Source: an uncultured Methanoregulaceae archaeon (GTDB taxonomy: Archaea > Halobacteriota > Methanomicrobia > Methanomicrobiales > Methanospirillaceae). From it: a stretch of DNA of 64,000 bases. Below are positions 60,905-64,000 of the stretch, one piece after another (position 1 is the stretch's first letter; each line of letters starts with the position of its first letter). Location: the NCBI GenBank assembly GCA_963717525.1, contig OY970343.1, forward strand, positions 1,504,001-1,568,000, in the 5' to 3' direction. The notes under the pieces were generated by a model. The model made no database searches. It was given only the letters and a program-made list of their open reading frames with translations, and was not told the origin of the DNA. Both the position numbers and the translations under genes were made by a program.

Positions 60905-61358
60905 TTACTTCATCCTCCCGGCAATGATCTCCATCTGTGCTTTCATGTGCGCGACACTCCGGAACTGCCCGCCGGCTGCCTTGCGGTAGAGAACCCGGTA
61001 CAGGTGCCGGTCAATGGTAGCCTGCCTCACGGAGCGCAACGAGCGCCTTCCGGATTGCACGGATTTTCTGGATCCATGCCCGTTTACTAGGGGTCCGTGC
61101 GCCAAGGGCGCCTTTCCGTTTCCCGACACCTTTGCGGTGACCGTATGCCCGCTGCGCGGTGCGCACACGAGCCCGGCCACGGCTTACGCCTTTCTTCTGG
61201 TGGGCCTTGATCGCACCGTCGGTAATAAGACCGCGCAGGTCCTCACGGGAGATAGCGTTCTCGATGTCAGAGATACGCTCGGGATCGAACCAGACGCGGT
61301 TGACACCGCATTTTAAGATCGCTGCGGCGATGCGCTTCTGGCTGGCGACATCACTCAT
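60905..61358 (-). CDS. rpl19e: 50S ribosomal protein eL19; apparent +1 frameshift near 61019
   Basis: [59 protein letters not shown]. Confidence 0.96.
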
Positions 61359-62103
61359 TCTTCTTCACCCCGGTTGAGGGTTTTTTCTTTGGTGTGGCTT
61401 TCTCTGCCTTGGATTTCTCCGCAGCGGCAGCCGGCTTCTTTTCAGCCTTTGCCGAAGCAGATTTCCTGGTAGGGGCCTTTGCCGCTTCCTTTGCCTTTGG
61501 CTTTGCGGCCTTTTCTTCCTTCTTTTCGGTTTCCTTTGTCGCTGGCTTGGACCTGGAGGCGGCGGCTTTCACCGGCTTTTTCCCCTCAGCGCCTTTCTTT
61601 TTAGCACCTTCTGCCTTTGAAGCGCTCTTCTTTGCCGGTGCCTTTTTTGCGGCCTCCTTTGTGTCCTTCTTCGCCTTTGCCGCTTTCTTTACCGGCTCGG
61701 CAGGAGTCTCTTCTGCGACGCGTTCCTTGATCACACGGGCGTTAAGGATCTTGAAGCCTGACGCTGCAGCATTCTCCTGGAGGGCCTTGCGCTTGCGTGC
61801 CCCGACGCCGGCTGATATCCGGATCGCCTGGGTCTTCACGTCAAGGTTTTCGAGATCTTTTTCCGTGAATACCAGCACTTCAAAGAACCCGCTGGGGTGC
61901 ATGCCGCGCACCGCAACCGGGCTGCCAAAGCCGGGCTTGGGGAGGTTTCCCTTTGCCTTCTTCTGCTCCCGCTGTTTGTTGTGCTGTCCGCGGGGCTTTC
62001 TCCATGAATCGGAGAGCTGTTTCTTCTTGCCAAACCCGTCGCGCTTGAAGACGGCACCCTTCTCTGTGCGCACACGGATCAGTCGCTTGGTTTCAGTTGT
62101 CAT
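61351..62103 (-). CDS. rpl32e: 50S ribosomal protein eL32 with long Lys/Ala-rich C-terminal extension
   Basis: F.R....K..L..SWRKPRG, GFGSP..VRGMHPSGF.EVLV, followed by about 120 aa of KKA/PA low complexity. Confidence 0.95.
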   Translation of the reverse strand: MTTETKRLIRVRTEKGAVFKRDGFGKKKQLSDSWRKPRGQHNKQREQKKAKGNLPKPGFGSPVAVRGMHPSGFFEVLVFTEKDLENLDVKTQAIRISAGVGARKRKALQENAAASGFKILNARVIKERVAEETPAEPVKKAAKAKKDTKEAAKKAPAKKSASKAEGAKKKGAEGKKPVKAAASRSKPATKETEKKEEKAAKPKAKEAAKAPTRKSASAKAEKKPAAAAEKSKAEKATPKKKPSTGVKKNE

Positions 62104-62111
62104 TGTTCAGT

Positions 62112-62636
62112 TCAGCCCCTCTGTACCATGTATATGCCGTCCTGGAAAACCCTCGGGTCCCGGTAACGGATATGGGTTGCGTGCTCGATATTTGCCGCGG
62201 TATTTCCTACCAGTTCGCGGTCGATGCCGGTCAATACGACCTCGTCGTTTGCCACCTTGGCGGTAACACCATCGGCGATGTCGGCGTACCGGGCCTTCTT
62301 CTCGCCCAGGAAATTGGCAATCTCAAGCCGCTTTCCCTGAAGCTTGAGCTGGATCGGGAAGTGGCTGTAGACGACCTTCATGCGGTATTCGAATCCTTCC
62401 GTGACGCCTCTGCACATGTTCTTTGCGTGCGCTTCAAACGTCCCGACCATCGCATTGATCTCCTTGCGGTCGGATTCAGTGGCAATGGTAATCTCCTTGC
62501 CGTCACAGGTCACGCTGACCTGCGGGAACCGGACGCTCCTGACCAGCTGGCCCTTGGGACCGGTCACTGAGAGCTGCGTTCCCTCAAGCTTGATCTTGAC
62601 GCCTTCGGGAATCCTGACTTTTCTTATGCTTGCCAT
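62112..62636 (-). CDS. rpl6: 50S ribosomal protein uL6
   Basis: IPEGV, VTGPKG, GVTEGFEY.MKVVYSHFPI, NFLGEK, RDPRVFQDGIY. Confidence 0.97.
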   Translation of the reverse strand: MASIRKVRIPEGVKIKLEGTQLSVTGPKGQLVRSVRFPQVSVTCDGKEITIATESDRKEINAMVGTFEAHAKNMCRGVTEGFEYRMKVVYSHFPIQLKLQGKRLEIANFLGEKKARYADIADGVTAKVANDEVVLTGIDRELVGNTAANIEHATHIRYRDPRVFQDGIYMVQRG

Positions 62637-62646
62637 GATTCCACCT

Positions 62647-63039
62647 CTAGTAGACGTACCCGAGCAGTTCGCCGCCGATGCCTTCCTTGCGTGCCTGCAC
62701 ATGCGACATAACGCCGTGCGAGGTGGAAAGGATCATAAGCCCGAAGTTCTTGCCGGGCAGGTACTGCTTCTCCCAATATTCCATCTCATCCAGCTGGACC
62801 GAGAAACGCGGTGAGATTGCCCCGCATTTGTTGATCTTGCCGGTGAGATGCACCTTGAGCTGGCCGCCGCGGCCATCCTCAATAAACTCGAAACCGCCGA
62901 TATAACCGGCGTCCTGCATGATGCGCAGCATTGCGCCGAGGAGTTTGCTTGCGGGTTCGATGATAACCTCAGCCTTGCCGGTGTCACCTGCGTTCTTTAA
63001 CGCACTCATCCCGTCTGCAATGGTATTTAATCGTGTCAT
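62647..63039 (-). CDS. rps8: 30S ribosomal protein uS8
   Basis: [38 protein letters not shown]...GIGG.L. Confidence 0.97.
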   Translation of the reverse strand: MTRLNTIADGMSALKNAGDTGKAEVIIEPASKLLGAMLRIMQDAGYIGGFEFIEDGRGGQLKVHLTGKINKCGAISPRFSVQLDEMEYWEKQYLPGKNFGLMILSTSHGVMSHVQARKEGIGGELLGYVY

Positions 63040-63053
63040 GGTGCAGTCACTCC

Positions 63054-63209
63054 TCAGTTCATTTTCTTAAAGCCCATTTTATGTGCCCACTCACGAAAGC
63101 ACTGCCGGCAGAACATGATGTGGTACCGGCGGACAAGCCCCTGCTTGCGCCCGCACATCTTGCACTCGTTTGCACCGCGACCGTAGATCTTCTTCCTTTC
63201 GCCACCCAT
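63054..63209 (-). CDS. rps14: 30S ribosomal protein uS14 (Zn type), absent from the ORF track
   Basis: [51 protein letters not shown]. Confidence 0.97.
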   Translation of the reverse strand: MGGERKKIYGRGANECKMCGRKQGLVRRYHIMFCRQCFREWAHKMGFKKMN

Positions 63210-63715
63210 CAGCGCACCTCCACCGAGTATTCTTTCTTGAGGAACGCAATTGCATCCTCCTTTTTCACGCGCTGCTTTTCGGGAAGCTTCTTCTGCTGCA
63301 TTCTCCGGCGGGTGATCCTGATGCCGTTCCTCTCGAGCACAACGTTAACATCCATCCCGAAAATCCCGATCTGAGGATCGTAGGACATCCCGGGGAAGTC
63401 CGTGTGCTCTTCAATGCCAAACGAGAAGTTCCCGCTCTTGTCGAACTGGCTTTCAAAAACCGTCTTGTTCACGATGGCAAGAGCAGTCCTGATAAAGTCC
63501 TGTGCCGGTTTTCCCCGGAGCGTAACCTTGCACCCGATCGGGGCGCCTTTCCTGATGGAGAACGCCGGTTGCGTCATCTTAGCGACGCTGCGGATCGGGG
63601 TCTGTTTGGTGATCGTCTTCATGATATTCTCGGCCTTGACGAGTTTTTCGCCACTCTCGCCAACGCCCATGTGTACGACGACCTTATCGATGTGGACATC
63701 ACGCATTGCCGTCAC
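63209..63715 (-). CDS. rpl5: 50S ribosomal protein uL5
   Basis: [45 protein letters not shown]. Confidence 0.97.
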   Translation of the reverse strand: MTAMRDVHIDKVVVHMGVGESGEKLVKAENIMKTITKQTPIRSVAKMTQPAFSIRKGAPIGCKVTLRGKPAQDFIRTALAIVNKTVFESQFDKSGNFSFGIEEHTDFPGMSYDPQIGIFGMDVNVVLERNGIRITRRRMQQKKLPEKQRVKKEDAIAFLKKEYSVEVR

Positions 63716-64000
63716 TGGTCAAGCCCCCAGCTGGTTTTTGAGACGGTCTCTTTTCCGATCATGTAGACATAGGGGGAAACCGTGTCAAACCGTTCCTTGG
63801 ACGCCTCGTCCTCAAGGATGACCTTGTTCGGGACACTGCCCGGCGTCTTGATGATCTCGATGATCCGTGCCACCTTACCGGAGTGCCGGCCACCGATGAT
63901 CGTTGCCATGTTGCCGGCGGCGAACGGGTAGTGCTCAAGGACCTTGAACCGGTCCTCGGGCTTGAGGGAGATGACGATGGAGTCGTTTGACTTGTAGGAG
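63712..64000 (-). CDS. rps4e: 30S ribosomal protein eS4, 3' part (truncated by the window edge)
   Basis: IIGG.HSG.VARI..I, F.T...YVY.IG; canonical position upstream of rpl5. Confidence 0.9.
   Translation of the reverse strand, partial: SYKSNDSIVISLKPEDRFKVLEHYPFAAGNMATIIGGRHSGKVARIIEIIKTPGSVPNKVILEDEASKERFDTVSPYVYMIGKETVSKTSWGLDQ

Overview
This is a core-genome segment of a hydrogenotrophic methanogen of the order Methanomicrobiales, most like Methanoregula (inferred from the fwdGF-hdrCBA-mvhD cluster without mvhAG and from the mtrA-mtrG fusion). Left to right: aIF-1A, transport and stress genes, a fused aguB-aguA gene, a tightly overlapping 9-gene minus-strand operon, ftr, fwdG-fwdF-hdrCBA-mvhD, mcrBDCGA, a Cys/His-peptide + DUF134 + DUF169 + SPASM radical SAM module, an accessory region (G/C-tract repeats, an AT-rich gene, an Hjc-like nuclease, several tiny ORFs), mtrEDCBAF(A-G)H, and the distal half of the spc ribosomal operon. 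The 9-gene operon holds two TiaS-like marker-11 proteins, a radical SAM enzyme, an IorA-like ThDP enzyme, aksA, aksD, aksE, a Cys-rich unknown and aksF. It is the most interesting feature: it joins the four known coenzyme B chain-elongation genes to five uncharacterised proteins whose chemistries fit the unassigned late steps of coenzyme B synthesis (inference). Ten genes, including essential mcrA, mcrB, mtrH and rpl19e, are each broken by one extra base, almost certainly sequencing or assembly error. No tRNA, rRNA, CRISPR array or transposase was seen.
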